A stretch of DNA of 64,000 nt from Candidatus Babeliales bacterium (GCA_050179755.1 JBFXEV010000001.1:677940-741939), one strand, 5' to 3'; shown: positions 36,874-45,985, counted from the stretch's first letter. Program-made: numbers and translations. Notes: generated by a model not told the origin, from the sequence alone.

Positions 36874-37650
36874 TCAAACAATAACTGTTTGTTTCTGTTC
36901 CTGCAAAATCACTTCACTTGCCAAACTTCTATAATCGAATGCACCATACGAGCGTGTATCATATTCAGTAATTGGTTTGGTAAATGAAGGCGCTTCAGAA
37001 AGCCGCACGTTCTCACGAATTGCCGTTTTATAAAGCATTCCCTTAAAGTTAGATTCAAGCGCAGATACTACTTCTTTTGCATGTTTGGTTCTACCATCAA
37101 CACGGCAGGGCACAATGCCTGCAATATGCAAATCTTTATTTAACCGTTCTTTAATTACATCAATAGTTTGCATTAATTGTACCAAGCCGCTCAATGCCAT
37201 TACGCGTGCTTCTACCGGAATAATCACTTCTTGCACGGCAGTGAGTGCATTGATGGTCAATATTCCTAAATTGGGTGGGCAATCGATAAGCACATAATCA
37301 TACTTGCCGGAGAGTTTTTTGAATTGCTGTTTTAAAATTGTTTCTGAGCCAACTTCATGCGCCAAGGCTTTATCAAGGCCAAAGAGCCAATTTGATGCAG
37401 GAACGGCATCAAGATATTCAACTTCTGTTCTGGTGATAATGGCATCAATGTGTACTTTGTTTACAAATACATCATAGAGGCTTTTACCATCACCGTCTGA
37501 TACGCCAAGCCACGAGCTTGTAGATCCTTGCGGATCAAGATCAATGAGTAATACGTTTCGTTTGTTTTCAGCAAGACCTGCTGCAAGATTTACGGCGGTA
37601 GTTGTTTTGCCACTGCCACCTTTTTGATTAATTACCGCAATTGTGCGCAT
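36874..37650 (-). CDS. parA: ParA/Soj-family partition ATPase
   Basis: Deviant Walker A VINQKGGSGKTTTAVNLA, then LLIDLDPQGS and YVLIDCPP. AGGAG precedes the ATG. Confidence 0.9.
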   Translation of the reverse strand: MRTIAVINQKGGSGKTTTAVNLAAGLAENKRNVLLIDLDPQGSTSSWLGVSDGDGKSLYDVFVNKVHIDAIITRTEVEYLDAVPASNWLFGLDKALAHEVGSETILKQQFKKLSGKYDYVLIDCPPNLGILTINALTAVQEVIIPVEARVMALSGLVQLMQTIDVIKERLNKDLHIAGIVPCRVDGRTKHAKEVVSALESNFKGMLYKTAIRENVRLSEAPSFTKPITEYDTRSYGAFDYRSLASEVILQEQKQTVIV

Positions 37651-37761
37651 TCACTACTCCTAGTATAAAGTTAATCATAACTGATATAACTTTATGATAA
37701 TAGGAGTGTTGTTGTCAATGATTACTATGCAGACAAGGTGTACGTTGTATTAGCGAGCAAC

Positions 37762-38682
37762 TTACTGTTCATGTTTTTCAAGTAATTGTGCAATATCAGT
37801 ATGGCCTGCTTCTTGTGCAAACATGCGCGGTGTTTGGCCTTTGTTATCGTTTGTGTAAACATCTGAGCCATGCGCCAAAAGTAATTCCACAATCTCTCTG
37901 TTTCCTCCATACGATGCATAATGGAGTGGAATTCTACCGAATTTATCTTTTATATTTACCTGAGCACCATGAGCTATAAGCAATTGTGGGGTTTCTAAAT
38001 TATATTGAATATGTAACGCCGTTCGGTTAAGGTCATCTTGAGCATTCACTTTCGCACCATGAGTCAGTAGTAGTTCAGTGATTTCTACATTTCTTGCACC
38101 ATGCAATGCTCTCCTGCCATCAACGTCTTTTGCGTTCACGTCAGCGCCATGGATCAATAGTAGTTTAACTATATCTTTCCAGAAGAGGTGGGGTGAATGA
38201 GTGTGTAAGGCTGTTTTGCCATCCATATCTTTTGCATTTACATCTGCGTTATGTGCTATCAAGAAAGCAGCCATTGGTGGAGTGAATGCGTAATGGAGTG
38301 CTGTTTTGCCACGATTATCTTTGGCATTTATATCTGCACCATGCTCTAGTAATAATTTAATGATGTTAGGGTGCCATGCCAGGTGAATTGCTGCATTTCC
38401 GTCATCATTTTTTATATTCACATTTGCACCGTGCGCTAATAATACTTTAATGAGTGATGTTTTCTCACTGCTACCCCATAATAATGAAGGATTCTTTAAA
38501 GCTTTTTTTAATAGTTCAGTTGCATCAGCACCAGCAGCTAACTTTTTCTTGATGATGAATATTTTTACTTTGTTAATGATAGTAACAATATAGTGCTGAA
38601 TGCGCGTCCATATATGTCTTGCAAAGATTATACCACCAACCAAAAGAATAAATCCTATCAAATAAATTAATGCGTTCTTCAT
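37762..38682 (-). CDS. Membrane-anchored ankyrin-repeat protein
   Basis: ATG 38682 has AAGGTG upstream; the track start is GTG. TM segment ALIYLIGFILLVGGIIFA. Six or more ANK units (GKTALHYA..LIAHNADVNAKD etc.). Confidence 0.85.
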   Translation of the reverse strand: MKNALIYLIGFILLVGGIIFARHIWTRIQHYIVTIINKVKIFIIKKKLAAGADATELLKKALKNPSLLWGSSEKTSLIKVLLAHGANVNIKNDDGNAAIHLAWHPNIIKLLLEHGADINAKDNRGKTALHYAFTPPMAAFLIAHNADVNAKDMDGKTALHTHSPHLFWKDIVKLLLIHGADVNAKDVDGRRALHGARNVEITELLLTHGAKVNAQDDLNRTALHIQYNLETPQLLIAHGAQVNIKDKFGRIPLHYASYGGNREIVELLLAHGSDVYTNDNKGQTPRMFAQEAGHTDIAQLLEKHEQ

Positions 38683-38884
38683 ATACACCTTGCATGAGAT
38701 ATTTGGTTTCTTATTTCTGTTCTTATCAAATACTTGGCATGTTATATTGGCAGAAGATGTATTTTGTTATTTGGTTATTGTTACCCGTATAGCTTGCCCT
38801 TTTTTAGTTTTTTTATCGCAAGCCCGTGAGTGAACATCGCTTGCGGTATGAATAAAGAGTTGTTGTATTCATGAGTTATTACGA

Positions 38885-39253
38885 TTAGCCAACAGGTGGC
38901 ATATAATTATCAACAAATACGCTAAAACCAAGCGGTGCAGCTGGCTTCAATAAGATGTCTATTCTGGTAATATTACAGTCTGGTATCAATATTAATTCAT
39001 TGCCATTGCCAATACCAGTTAACTTTTTCACCGTTAATTTGGTGGGGCATGGAAAATTTAGAATACCCGTAGGTTGATGAGGGTGAAATCGTTGCACTAA
39101 TGTTTGGCCATTTTGTGCTTCAAATTTTATTTCTATTATGCCATCAGTAAAGTTTCGAAAGTTTCCCGGTTGAATTACAAATGCTTGTATTCCAGAGGTA
39201 GCTATTAAGGTTAAAGCTAGTGTTAGTGCATAGATTATTTTATTATTTTTCAT
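38885..39253 (-). CDS. Family B small secreted two-Cys protein (B1)
   Basis: AAGGAAA precedes ATG 39253 (MKNNKIIYALTLALTLIATSGIQA). NFPCPTKLTVKKLTGIGNGNELILIPDCNITRIDI aligns to B2. Confidence 0.7.
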   Translation of the reverse strand: MKNNKIIYALTLALTLIATSGIQAFVIQPGNFRNFTDGIIEIKFEAQNGQTLVQRFHPHQPTGILNFPCPTKLTVKKLTGIGNGNELILIPDCNITRIDILLKPAAPLGFSVFVDNYMPPVG

Positions 39254-39272
39254 GATTTTCCTTTTTAAGGTA

Positions 39273-39300
39273 ATCATCCACGAGTTTCCTCGTGGATGAT
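39273..39300 (-). other. Perfect 12-bp stem / 4-nt loop hairpin between A1 and B1
   Basis: atcatccacgag-tttc-ctcgtggatgat. No U-tract follows on the minus strand. Confidence 0.6.
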
Positions 39301-39322
39301 TTAATTTACTATTCTCTTTTAC

Positions 39323-39976
39323 TTAATTTGCTGCGTTAAGATCACCTTTAAGAGTTGTTCCAAAGAAATTAGGTATCTGGTATGTTCCATCATTTTGAAC
39401 ATTGATTTTTAAGTTACCAAAATCTTTTTTGAGCGGTGTGTAAATAGTCAAAGTTTCAGTCCATTGTTTTGCACGAGGGCCTTTTGCATATACTTTGATA
39501 GCTGTATGTCTTTTTGGATCAGCTGCTTTTGCATCTGTGGCTTCTTGTGCTACTTTTGCAGGCGTTCCTTCGGGGAACGATTCATCAAGACTAAATACGT
39601 AAAATAATATTTTATACGGTTCGTTTGGATACGGCCCTTTAGAGAAAGTTATTGCATACAATTTTTTGCCAACATTGGGAACAGGTAATATAATTTCTTT
39701 ATTCTCAGTGATGGTGCGAAAATTTGTAATATTCTTTTGTGCTTCGAGAGTATTATAATCTTCTCTATCACCAGCAGAACCCATTACTTTTGAGGCTGAG
39801 TGTCCTTTTGCTGTTATAACTTGCTTGCAACCAGTTGCGCCTTCGCCGCAAATTATCTGAACTGATTCTATATCTTCTTTTTTAATCTCAACTTGGTTAC
39901 TGTCTTGTTTTGCAAAACTCATCTGTATGAGAGCCAAGCAAGCAAGAGCGGCAAGGGTTGTTATTTTATTGTTCAT
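39323..39976 (-). CDS. Family A secreted protein (A1)
   Basis: AAGGAG precedes ATG 39976 (MNNKITTLAALACLALIQMSFA). GKKLYAITFSKGPYPNEPYKILFYVFSLDESFPEG aligns with A2-A5. Confidence 0.7.
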   Translation of the reverse strand: MNNKITTLAALACLALIQMSFAKQDSNQVEIKKEDIESVQIICGEGATGCKQVITAKGHSASKVMGSAGDREDYNTLEAQKNITNFRTITENKEIILPVPNVGKKLYAITFSKGPYPNEPYKILFYVFSLDESFPEGTPAKVAQEATDAKAADPKRHTAIKVYAKGPRAKQWTETLTIYTPLKKDFGNLKINVQNDGTYQIPNFFGTTLKGDLNAAN

Positions 39977-40103
39977 GAGAACTCCTTTTTTATTTAGTGG
40001 CATATTGTATCATAGTGATAAAGATTATCTATGTACAGATAAGGCCTAATATCTATCTTCTATCCTCATTGTAACAAAATTTGCCTCTGGAAATCAAGGG
40101 TTT

Positions 40104-40532
40104 TTAAGGTATTGCTTGGTCAAATATAAGCCCATTGGGGCCGTCCCCTACAATAAGATTAATGGCGTTACAATTTTGCCTGGTCCAAAAAGAGCTTATT
40201 TTGCCAGCTCCCGTACCGGTAAGCTTTTGTATTTTGATTTTGCGTGGGCAAAATGGAAAATTGGTGGTTCCTGATTCACCCTTGCCATAATATAATATGG
40301 TAGATGCTTCAAAGCCTTGCTGTATTCTATCATTCGCTTCTTGTTTGATTCTATCTAGTATTATGTCTGCAAAGGGATTTAGGCTTGAAATGCCACCAAG
40401 TGCTTGCTGTGATAATGCATCAAGTGATAATTGTATTTGGCCGTCTGTATTATTTTGCACATTAAGCGTGAGTGCTTCTATGCGTGTATACAATGCATTA
40501 CTGATTGTAAGAATTAGTATTATTTTTTTCAT
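40104..40532 (-). CDS. Family B small secreted two-Cys protein (B2)
   Basis: Leader MKKIILILTISNALYTRIEA. LNVQNNTDGQIQLSL; NFPFCPRKIKIQKLTGTGAGKISSFWTRQNCNAINLIV. Confidence 0.7.
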   Translation of the reverse strand: MKKIILILTISNALYTRIEALTLNVQNNTDGQIQLSLDALSQQALGGISSLNPFADIILDRIKQEANDRIQQGFEASTILYYGKGESGTTNFPFCPRKIKIQKLTGTGAGKISSFWTRQNCNAINLIVGDGPNGLIFDQAIP

Positions 40533-40542
40533 ATCTATCCCC

Positions 40543-41160
40543 CTATGTTATGGTATTTAAATCGTAAGTAATTGGCGCAGGTCTTACTAAGTTACCTGTG
40601 GTATCAGTATATGGTTGTGGATAATAAAATAATTTTGCTTCAGAATCAACAGTAATAAGTGGTTTAAGTGCGGTAATAGGTTTTTCATTAAATGAAGTTA
40701 ACAGGTATGTCCATTGATTTTGCTCTGGCAATTTATAATAAACTTTTAACACGCTTTTAATTTCTGGATGTTTTGTTTTTATATCAGCAATTTCTTGTGA
40801 GAATTTTGCATCTGATAACTCTGCAGGGATGTTATTAATATTAAATGCATAAAATAACAATTTAATTTGTTGATTGGCATACTGTTTTTTGGTTGGGGTG
40901 AAAGCTATTATTTTTTGCCCCGAAGCTGGCAATGTTAATTCTGTTTCTTTTGTTGTTTTAATGGTACTTAAATTTTGTACATCAATGTTGATCTCTTTTG
41001 GTGAGAATTTATCGCTTGCACTTCCAATAGTCACATCGCCTGCCACGCAATCTCCTTGTGCTCCTACGCAAAAGAGTATTTCTTTGCGAACGGCAAAACA
41101 AAAAGAGCAATTAAATACGGTGATAATGATAATTGCAAAAGATTGAAAAGTGTGCTTCAT
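40543..41160 (-). CDS. Family A secreted protein (A2)
   Basis: AAGGAAA precedes the ATG. GQKIIAFTPTKKQYANQQIKLLFYAFNINNIPAE...LKVYYKLPEQNQWTYLLTSF. Confidence 0.7.
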   Translation of the reverse strand: MKHTFQSFAIIIITVFNCSFCFAVRKEILFCVGAQGDCVAGDVTIGSASDKFSPKEINIDVQNLSTIKTTKETELTLPASGQKIIAFTPTKKQYANQQIKLLFYAFNINNIPAELSDAKFSQEIADIKTKHPEIKSVLKVYYKLPEQNQWTYLLTSFNEKPITALKPLITVDSEAKLFYYPQPYTDTTGNLVRPAPITYDLNTIT

Positions 41161-41177
41161 AATTTTTCCTTATCCTA

Positions 41178-41543
41178 TTACGACATATTAATGCCTTGTG
41201 AAGGATCAAATGGTGCTGCTTTTAGTACAGAAGATTCGTTAAATTTAATTGAGAACATATCGGCTTCTTTTGTAATAACGATTTCATAATTATCACAATT
41301 ATTGCCTGCCCACATTTGCTTACCATTGATGGTTATTTGTTTTAAACAGTCTTGCTCTTGTCCAAAATTATAATCGCGCGTTGTCTGTGGGTCTACGTGA
41401 AGTACAGCAAAATTTATTGCTGATTTAATTAAGCCAACTTTAAGCGGTTCTTTGGTTTGATTGAGAATTTTTATATAGTTTGTTGCATATGCATCATATG
41501 CTATGCATAAGAATGCTAAGAATACTACAGCTAATTTCTTCAT
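41178..41543 (-). CDS. Family B small secreted two-Cys protein (B3)
   Basis: ATG 41543 (MKKLAVVFLAFLCIAYDAYA) has AAGGAA upstream. The track's longer N-terminus overlaps the predicted promoter. IKILNQTKEPLKVGL; DCLKQITINGKQMWAGNNCDNYEIVI. Confidence 0.7.
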   Translation of the reverse strand: MKKLAVVFLAFLCIAYDAYATNYIKILNQTKEPLKVGLIKSAINFAVLHVDPQTTRDYNFGQEQDCLKQITINGKQMWAGNNCDNYEIVITKEADMFSIKFNESSVLKAAPFDPSQGINMS

Positions 41544-41595
41544 GATCTGGATTCCTTGTAAAATACCTACAATAGAGGCTCTAATCTCCACTTTT

Positions 41596-41625
41596 AGTAT
41601 AGCATTTTTAATTTCTATTATGCAA
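41596..41625 (-). promoter_or_regulatory. Sigma70-type promoter for B3 (TTGCAT-N18-TATACT)
   Basis: The minus strand reads TTGCATaatagaaattaaaaatgcTATACT. The same architecture recurs at 48420-48449 and 49297-49326. Confidence 0.6.
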
Positions 41626-41691
41626 TATTTTGCAGGGTTGGTAAGGGTTCTTGCAGGTTAAACAAAGATAGGCAAGGGGGGAGGGGGGGTT

Positions 41692-41722
41692 AAAGCCGCT
41701 CAGTCTAGTGATGAGCGGCTTT
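41692..41722 (-). terminator. Strong hairpin after the esterase-domain gene (putative terminator, weak U-tract)
   Basis: 11-bp stem aaagccgctca/tgagcggcttt with a 9-nt loop, 16 nt downstream of the stop at 41738. Confidence 0.5.
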
Positions 41723-41737
41723 ACTTATCAAACTCTA

Positions 41738-44170
41738 TTAGGCAGAAGGATTAGGAATTACTTCACATGGTTCAAGATCATATACACTAATTAATTCGCG
41801 TGTATCACCAAATGTTTCCACCCAAGCACCAATGGCACCTAAATCTAAAATCTTTGGTATATCAAGTTGCTGGCCTAATTCAAATGGTATATCGCTTGTG
41901 CGCACAATGGTGGTACTGTTTTCAATAATATCTAAATACACAAGACGCAGTTCATCTTCTACCGTTGCAATGGCAGCTGATTTGGTACCTTGATCAGCAT
42001 ATACTTGTGCGCCAATAAAGGTACTAAAATCTATTAAGCTGCTGGTGGTAATTTCATAGATAGGGTCAGTGCCACGATCTTCCAATTGTTTTGCTGATGC
42101 CAAAACGTTTCTAAATGATTTATTAAAATAAAATCCTGTAGAAGCCATTTCTTCTTTATAGAAAAAGTCATCAGTGCTTGTAGCAGTGTCAATAAAATTG
42201 ACAGGGCTTGTAGTGCGAATGCCGCCTGGTTCAAGAATTCCAGCTTGGTCAATATTAACCGGTTGCATGCGCCAATTATCAGGAAGCGTTGCAAGGTTGG
42301 CGCCTCCCAGCACGTTGCCAGTTGGAAAGTTAACTCTAAATGTATAATTATCGGCAGGCCCGAGCGCAAATACAGCAGCAGCATCTTCAAGGCCTGAGGC
42401 AATTTGATTATGCTCAAATACACCTTCTTGAATATCAAGTGTTATTTGCGTCAGATTACGCAAACCGCTCATTCCTTGATAGTTAGAACTATCAGGTGGC
42501 ACGATTGGTTGCCCTAGAAGGCCTGCACCAATGCCAAAAAAGCCTTGTCTTCCAATTTTAAATAATGCACCCGGCCCATTGATAATAATAGACGCTTGAA
42601 CACTGTTATCATTAAGCGAAGGATCTGCAAAGGCTCGTGCTTTGCTATATAAATTACCAATTTGAAAGCCACCGCCAGCTCTTGTCTCATCACCAATAAG
42701 TACTTTACCATTATCAAGTATTTGTAAATTTATATTGGTAGCTTCTACTTCTGGAGGCAGCGTTTCTATGCCAAGTAATGTTCCTTTTTCAACAAATAAT
42801 TGCGCATTTTCTTCAATAATAATGGTACCCGTGCCTATTATTTTAGATCGTACCACGTTAGGGTCTTCTCCATTTTGAGAAAATACGGCAGATAGCATTT
42901 GGAATACTGTTCTGTTGCGTGAACAATTTTCATTAACAATGCAATCTGTGTGTTTGCCATTATAAAGAAGATATTCATGATCTACTTGTTCGTTTGCAAG
43001 TTTTACCGAGAGCATGCGGGCGCCACGCGCATTAATGAGTTCTAAATTACCACCATCAAGAAAAAATGCTTGATGTTGTAACGTTTCAATAACATCTGGA
43101 TCGTTTGATACGAACCAAGGATCTTTTTCTCGCCAACGCTCAATAGCAGTTTGACTTAATACTAATGACACGGGAAATGTTATTGGTGTCCCGGGGATTT
43201 CTGTGCTGGCACCAATAAAAGGCCCCGGAGTAAATACCGGCGTGCCATCACCATTTACCTGGAAAGGAAGATCCACAAAGTAGGTATTTACGAATGGGTT
43301 TACAAATTCACCTCGAATAGCAGCTAAGTTTGGGCTAAGTGCACCTGATAATGAAAAAAGTAAAAAGGTATTAGGGCCATTGGTGGGAGCAATTCTGCCA
43401 GTATCTGGGCCCGAAGTTGGTATTTCTGGTTGCACAAGACTGTTTAGTGAAAATAGCGCCCCATCAAGAATGCCTGCAGTATTTGTATGTGCAAGATCGG
43501 TTGTTGCAATAGCCCAGAGCGGCGTGCCGCTTTCAGAGCCAAATCCAATAAATTTATCTGGGTGATTCATGGCCAGTAATGTAGAGCCATAGCCGCCCAT
43601 TGATTGGCCTGCAAGCGCTCGATACGCTCTATCTGCTTTTGTGCGGAAATTTGCATCAATAAAATTGACGGTATCTTCCACCAAAAAATCTTCAAAAAGT
43701 CCTGGCATTCTATTTACGCCATTTAATTCCGAATTAACATACCATGCTGAGGCATAGTTTCTCAAGCCATCTGGAGTTACACCATTAATTAAGCTCGCAT
43801 CAACCGATACTACAATGATAGGCGTAATTAATTTATTGTTAATTAAATCATCTAACACCAATTTATCGCCGCATACAAAAAAAGTATGATCACCTTCAAA
43901 GCCGGGCAAATAATAAACGACCGGGTAACGTTCTGTGCTTGTCTCATATCCTCTTGGTAGATAGACAATTGCCAAACGAACATTATCTCCTTCGGGTGCC
44001 AAAGGTGATGGTGGAACTTTGTCTAACGTGGGTATACCAACAAGCACTAGTAACCCCCCATTGCCAGGGTTGTTTATATCACCGCAAATGTTGGGGTCTA
44101 TTGGATATATTATTGCATGAAGATGCGTTGTCATCAGTAGGGCAAGCAAAAAAGTTATGATGTATTTCAT
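41738..44170 (-). CDS. Secreted esterase-domain protein (putative-esterase / esterase D-like fold) with a roughly 400-aa beta-rich C-terminal extension
   Basis: Leader MKYIITFLLALLMTTHLHA. VRLAIVYLPRGYETSTERYPVVYYLPGFEGDH. Nucleophile elbow AGQSMGGYGS (Ser codon at 43603..43601). The C-terminal half is Gly/Asn/Ile-rich and repeat-like. Confidence 0.7.
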   Translation of the reverse strand: MKYIITFLLALLMTTHLHAIIYPIDPNICGDINNPGNGGLLVLVGIPTLDKVPPSPLAPEGDNVRLAIVYLPRGYETSTERYPVVYYLPGFEGDHTFFVCGDKLVLDDLINNKLITPIIVVSVDASLINGVTPDGLRNYASAWYVNSELNGVNRMPGLFEDFLVEDTVNFIDANFRTKADRAYRALAGQSMGGYGSTLLAMNHPDKFIGFGSESGTPLWAIATTDLAHTNTAGILDGALFSLNSLVQPEIPTSGPDTGRIAPTNGPNTFLLFSLSGALSPNLAAIRGEFVNPFVNTYFVDLPFQVNGDGTPVFTPGPFIGASTEIPGTPITFPVSLVLSQTAIERWREKDPWFVSNDPDVIETLQHQAFFLDGGNLELINARGARMLSVKLANEQVDHEYLLYNGKHTDCIVNENCSRNRTVFQMLSAVFSQNGEDPNVVRSKIIGTGTIIIEENAQLFVEKGTLLGIETLPPEVEATNINLQILDNGKVLIGDETRAGGGFQIGNLYSKARAFADPSLNDNSVQASIIINGPGALFKIGRQGFFGIGAGLLGQPIVPPDSSNYQGMSGLRNLTQITLDIQEGVFEHNQIASGLEDAAAVFALGPADNYTFRVNFPTGNVLGGANLATLPDNWRMQPVNIDQAGILEPGGIRTTSPVNFIDTATSTDDFFYKEEMASTGFYFNKSFRNVLASAKQLEDRGTDPIYEITTSSLIDFSTFIGAQVYADQGTKSAAIATVEDELRLVYLDIIENSTTIVRTSDIPFELGQQLDIPKILDLGAIGAWVETFGDTRELISVYDLEPCEVIPNPSA

Positions 44171-44182
44171 TATGATCTCTTT

Positions 44183-45970
44183 TTATAGGAAAAACTCTAA
44201 GCCAATATACCAATCTGTATCTTGTGGTGTATTTTTACCACCAACCACGCCGCCAACGCTTGCAAAAATGCCAGCAGTAATGCAATCAAATTCATGCCGT
44301 AAACATATTTCACCGTAGAGTTTATGCGTGGTAACGTCTGTGTTAATTCTTAGATTGTTAGCATTAAGCAAGTTGGTGCCCGTTGGTATGCATGTGCACG
44401 CATTTGATTGTAAGCTAATAGAATCTCGTGATTTGATATACAGTTCATAACCAAAACGCATAAGGGCATAATCCTTGCAGGTGATAGGGCGTGCAATAGA
44501 AGCTTCTGCGTGGCCTAAGAAATAGTGCCAATTTACGTTGGCAGGAACGCCTGATCCAATGTTTTTGATCGTTGCTCCTTGCAGCGGTAATGCCACATTT
44601 TCTGCGCGTTTAAGTACTACAGAAAAGAGGGCATCTGCTTGTAGCAATAACCAATCATAATCATGCCAATAGGTTCGCGTGCCAATCATAATTTCTGGGT
44701 GTCCGTTATTGCCAAGTGATTGCAATGCGATCAGGCCTGGAGCCACTTGTGCGCCGGCCGTTGGTAAGCGCAATGCAACATTACCTTCTACAAAAGAACA
44801 CTGATTCCACCAATATTGGGTGAAAAACTGTGCATCAATATCACCAAGCCCGCCATGACTTCGCGAATTAAAATTAATGCCAGCTCTTTCAAAAAATGCA
44901 TTAATTTGTGTGGCTGGTGATCCGATTAAAAGATCAACGCGTTTTTTGATTATGCACGCGGGATCAACCAATTTAGTGACCGTGGGCGTTGATATAAAGG
45001 TTGGTTCAATCCACAATTGCTCCCGAATTTCTTCTTGTTCAGGAGTATTGGCGCCAAGTTCACCATAAGGTGTTGTGATGAGAAAGCGTGCGCGCCCGCC
45101 GATGGGCACAGGACTACCACTGCCTGGTAAGCCATCAAACGATTGTGCTTGGTCTATTGGTTGCGCAAAAGGGGGAGTTGGTGCAGTGCCCAAAGGTGGT
45201 TTAAAAACAGTAACTGGGTTTTGGCGTATTTGATTGAGCGTATTAAAGTTATTGGTGACATCAACATTTGCAATAGTTATAGGATATGTCACTGGATTTG
45301 CTGGTGGATTGCCTTTGAATCCTGTATCTACATAATCAACTAGCCGCACCATGAGGCCTGGAGGTGACCAGCTTTCAGGTAATTGATGCAAAAATTGTAA
45401 ACGATATGCAAATGTTTCCACCGGTGTGCTGTTAGTGCCTAAAAACTCTACTTGTTCGCGTACGTTAGCATCAAGAATTGCAGGGTCAATTTGGTTATTA
45501 ACAATCGGGCCTTGCGTTAAGCGCATGTTAAAATTGCGAAAGGGGATAGTTACACGGCCACCAACAACCACGTTGCAGCGCACCGCATGAGAACTTACTA
45601 ATCCAAGCACTACGCCGCGATCGGTATAGGTATAACGGGGTGAGAGTAGAGTTGAAAAAAGAATATTAATAGGTGACGTGGTTTGCGTTGCAAAAATATC
45701 ATTTACTGGAAAATCTGCTCTGTTAAATAATAATGCGGATAACGGGCTTTTATGTGTATCAGTAGTTTCAACATTAAGTGCGGTATCACATTTGCGCTGA
45801 TAATAACCTGCCCATGCATAAAATTGTGCTTGTTCACATAGAGGATTAAGTGGTTCAGTGTGCAGCCAATAACGTAATAAAGGAATGGGTGTTCTAAATT
45901 CACGCGCAGTAAGTGTTGTGCTTATGCATGTGGCAATTACTAAACTGTATATAAGATAGTTGTGCTTCAT
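44183..45970 (-). CDS. Putative outer-membrane beta-barrel protein (family not assignable)
   Basis: Leader MKHNYLIYSLVIATCISTTLTA. No hydrophobic helices. Aromatic/Gly-rich amphipathic segments. Aromatic C-terminus DWYIGLEFFL. Gaps of 12-15 nt to the flanking genes. Confidence 0.45.
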   Translation of the reverse strand: MKHNYLIYSLVIATCISTTLTAREFRTPIPLLRYWLHTEPLNPLCEQAQFYAWAGYYQRKCDTALNVETTDTHKSPLSALLFNRADFPVNDIFATQTTSPINILFSTLLSPRYTYTDRGVVLGLVSSHAVRCNVVVGGRVTIPFRNFNMRLTQGPIVNNQIDPAILDANVREQVEFLGTNSTPVETFAYRLQFLHQLPESWSPPGLMVRLVDYVDTGFKGNPPANPVTYPITIANVDVTNNFNTLNQIRQNPVTVFKPPLGTAPTPPFAQPIDQAQSFDGLPGSGSPVPIGGRARFLITTPYGELGANTPEQEEIREQLWIEPTFISTPTVTKLVDPACIIKKRVDLLIGSPATQINAFFERAGINFNSRSHGGLGDIDAQFFTQYWWNQCSFVEGNVALRLPTAGAQVAPGLIALQSLGNNGHPEIMIGTRTYWHDYDWLLLQADALFSVVLKRAENVALPLQGATIKNIGSGVPANVNWHYFLGHAEASIARPITCKDYALMRFGYELYIKSRDSISLQSNACTCIPTGTNLLNANNLRINTDVTTHKLYGEICLRHEFDCITAGIFASVGGVVGGKNTPQDTDWYIGLEFFL

Positions 45971-45985
45971 AATTTCTCTTTATGT

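Noticed and set aside
44040-44110. NPGNGG near the N-terminus of the esterase-domain protein, as a two-partner-secretion TPS motif (NPNGI).
   Set aside because: There is no room for a roughly 250-aa TPS domain before the esterase fold starts, and the second NPNL motif is absent.
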